From the NCBI RefSeq assembly GCF_001194135.2, contig NC_068998.1:20505917-20569916 (forward strand): 64,000 nucleotides of DNA, in the 5' to 3' direction. The notes under the pieces are model-generated. The model was given only the letters and a program-made list of their open reading frames with translations, did no database searches and was not told the origin of the DNA. This DNA comes from Octopus bimaculoides (Eukaryota). Shown here one piece after another: positions 63,497 through 64,000 of the stretch (positions are counted from its first letter, which is position 1; each line of letters opens with the position of its first letter). The position numbers were made by a program, and so were the translations under genes.

Positions 63497-64000
63497 TTAT
63501 AATCGTTCAGATCGGAAAGTTTGTTCGATTTCATTTGCTTTAGTAATATCAAAGAAAGCAATTTCGGTGGCTTTGCGTTCACCATGTGATACGCATAATT
63601 TGTTGTCTGAGGTTAAGGCTAAGCCTTGCGGATGTCGTAATCTATGATAACTGCTAAGAGTCTCTCTAATCCACTGGCCTCGCTGATCAAAACAAGCTAT
63701 ACGATCATTATAATGATCAGCAATTAAGACGTTCCCAGAATGGTCAATGCAAATACCATATGGGGAACGAAGAAATCCAGCATCACGTCCATAAGTACCT
63801 ATGTTTGTGACAAGAATTCCATTTTTGTCAAATGCTTTCAGAGAATGATTACCAGAATCAGCAACAAAGATTAATCCATTTGGAGAAAATATTACATGCC
63901 TTGGAGAACGGAAAGGACAATTGTTCCTATCATTGGTAGGGTTTATTTCAAGAACGATGTTGAATTGTTTATCTAGAAGTGTCAGAGAATTACCCTGTTG
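63497..64000 (-). CDS. NHL-repeat beta-propeller C-terminus (TRIM-NHL-like protein), 5'-incomplete
   Basis: 167 open codons from the window edge to TAA at 63499-63497. Contains the NHL repeats FRSPRHVIFSPNGLIFVADSGNHSLKAF, GTYGRDAGFLRSPYGICIDHSGNVLIADHYNDRIACF and LRHPQGLALTSDNKLCVS. Confidence 0.92.
   Translation of the reverse strand, partial: QQGNSLTLLDKQFNIVLEINPTNDRNNCPFRSPRHVIFSPNGLIFVADSGNHSLKAFDKNGILVTNIGTYGRDAGFLRSPYGICIDHSGNVLIADHYNDRIACFDQRGQWIRETLSSYHRLRHPQGLALTSDNKLCVSHGERKATEIAFFDITKANEIEQTFRSERL

Noticed and set aside
63337-63585. Track ORF of 82 aa on the - strand
   Set aside because: Out-of-frame shadow overlapping the true NHL ORF end and its 3' UTR.
1-64000. CRISPR arrays, rRNA or prokaryotic operons
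   Set aside because: No repeat-spacer arrays or rRNA-like sequence; the window is spliceosomal eukaryotic DNA.

Overview
AT-rich, repeat-dense metazoan genomic DNA with six N-gaps. It is most likely a cephalopod (Octopus) draft assembly, inferred from the tRNA-derived SINE and microsatellite landscape. The window holds one nearly complete multi-exon + strand gene, CTDSPL2/SCP4 (CTD small phosphatase-like 2). Nine coding exons are readable between 15679 and 46509; about 230 nt of the catalytic domain are absent and probably lie in the N-gap at 41186-41721. The 3' end of a convergent - strand NHL-repeat (TRIM-NHL-like) gene lies at 63497-64000 and was missed by the ORF track. Almost every other listed ORF is a microsatellite, N-gap or transposon artefact. 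The rest is tRNA-derived SINEs, RTE and CR1 LINE fragments, piggyBac-type, Tc1/mariner/pogo and hAT MITEs, one solo LTR and Penelope-type remnants, often nested. The most unusual signals are: (i) a ~420-bp fold-back element with a tRNA-like head and a minimal hammerhead-ribozyme core, with a third copy flanked by a 16-bp TSD; (ii) a ~215-bp inverted duplication bracketing the CTDSPL2 start-codon exon; (iii) a mariner-derived in-frame 36-nt cassette-exon candidate; (iv) several near-perfect intronic hairpins. All alignments and folds were done by eye. Exon and TIR/TSD coordinates are exact as read; SINE and LINE ends are approximate.
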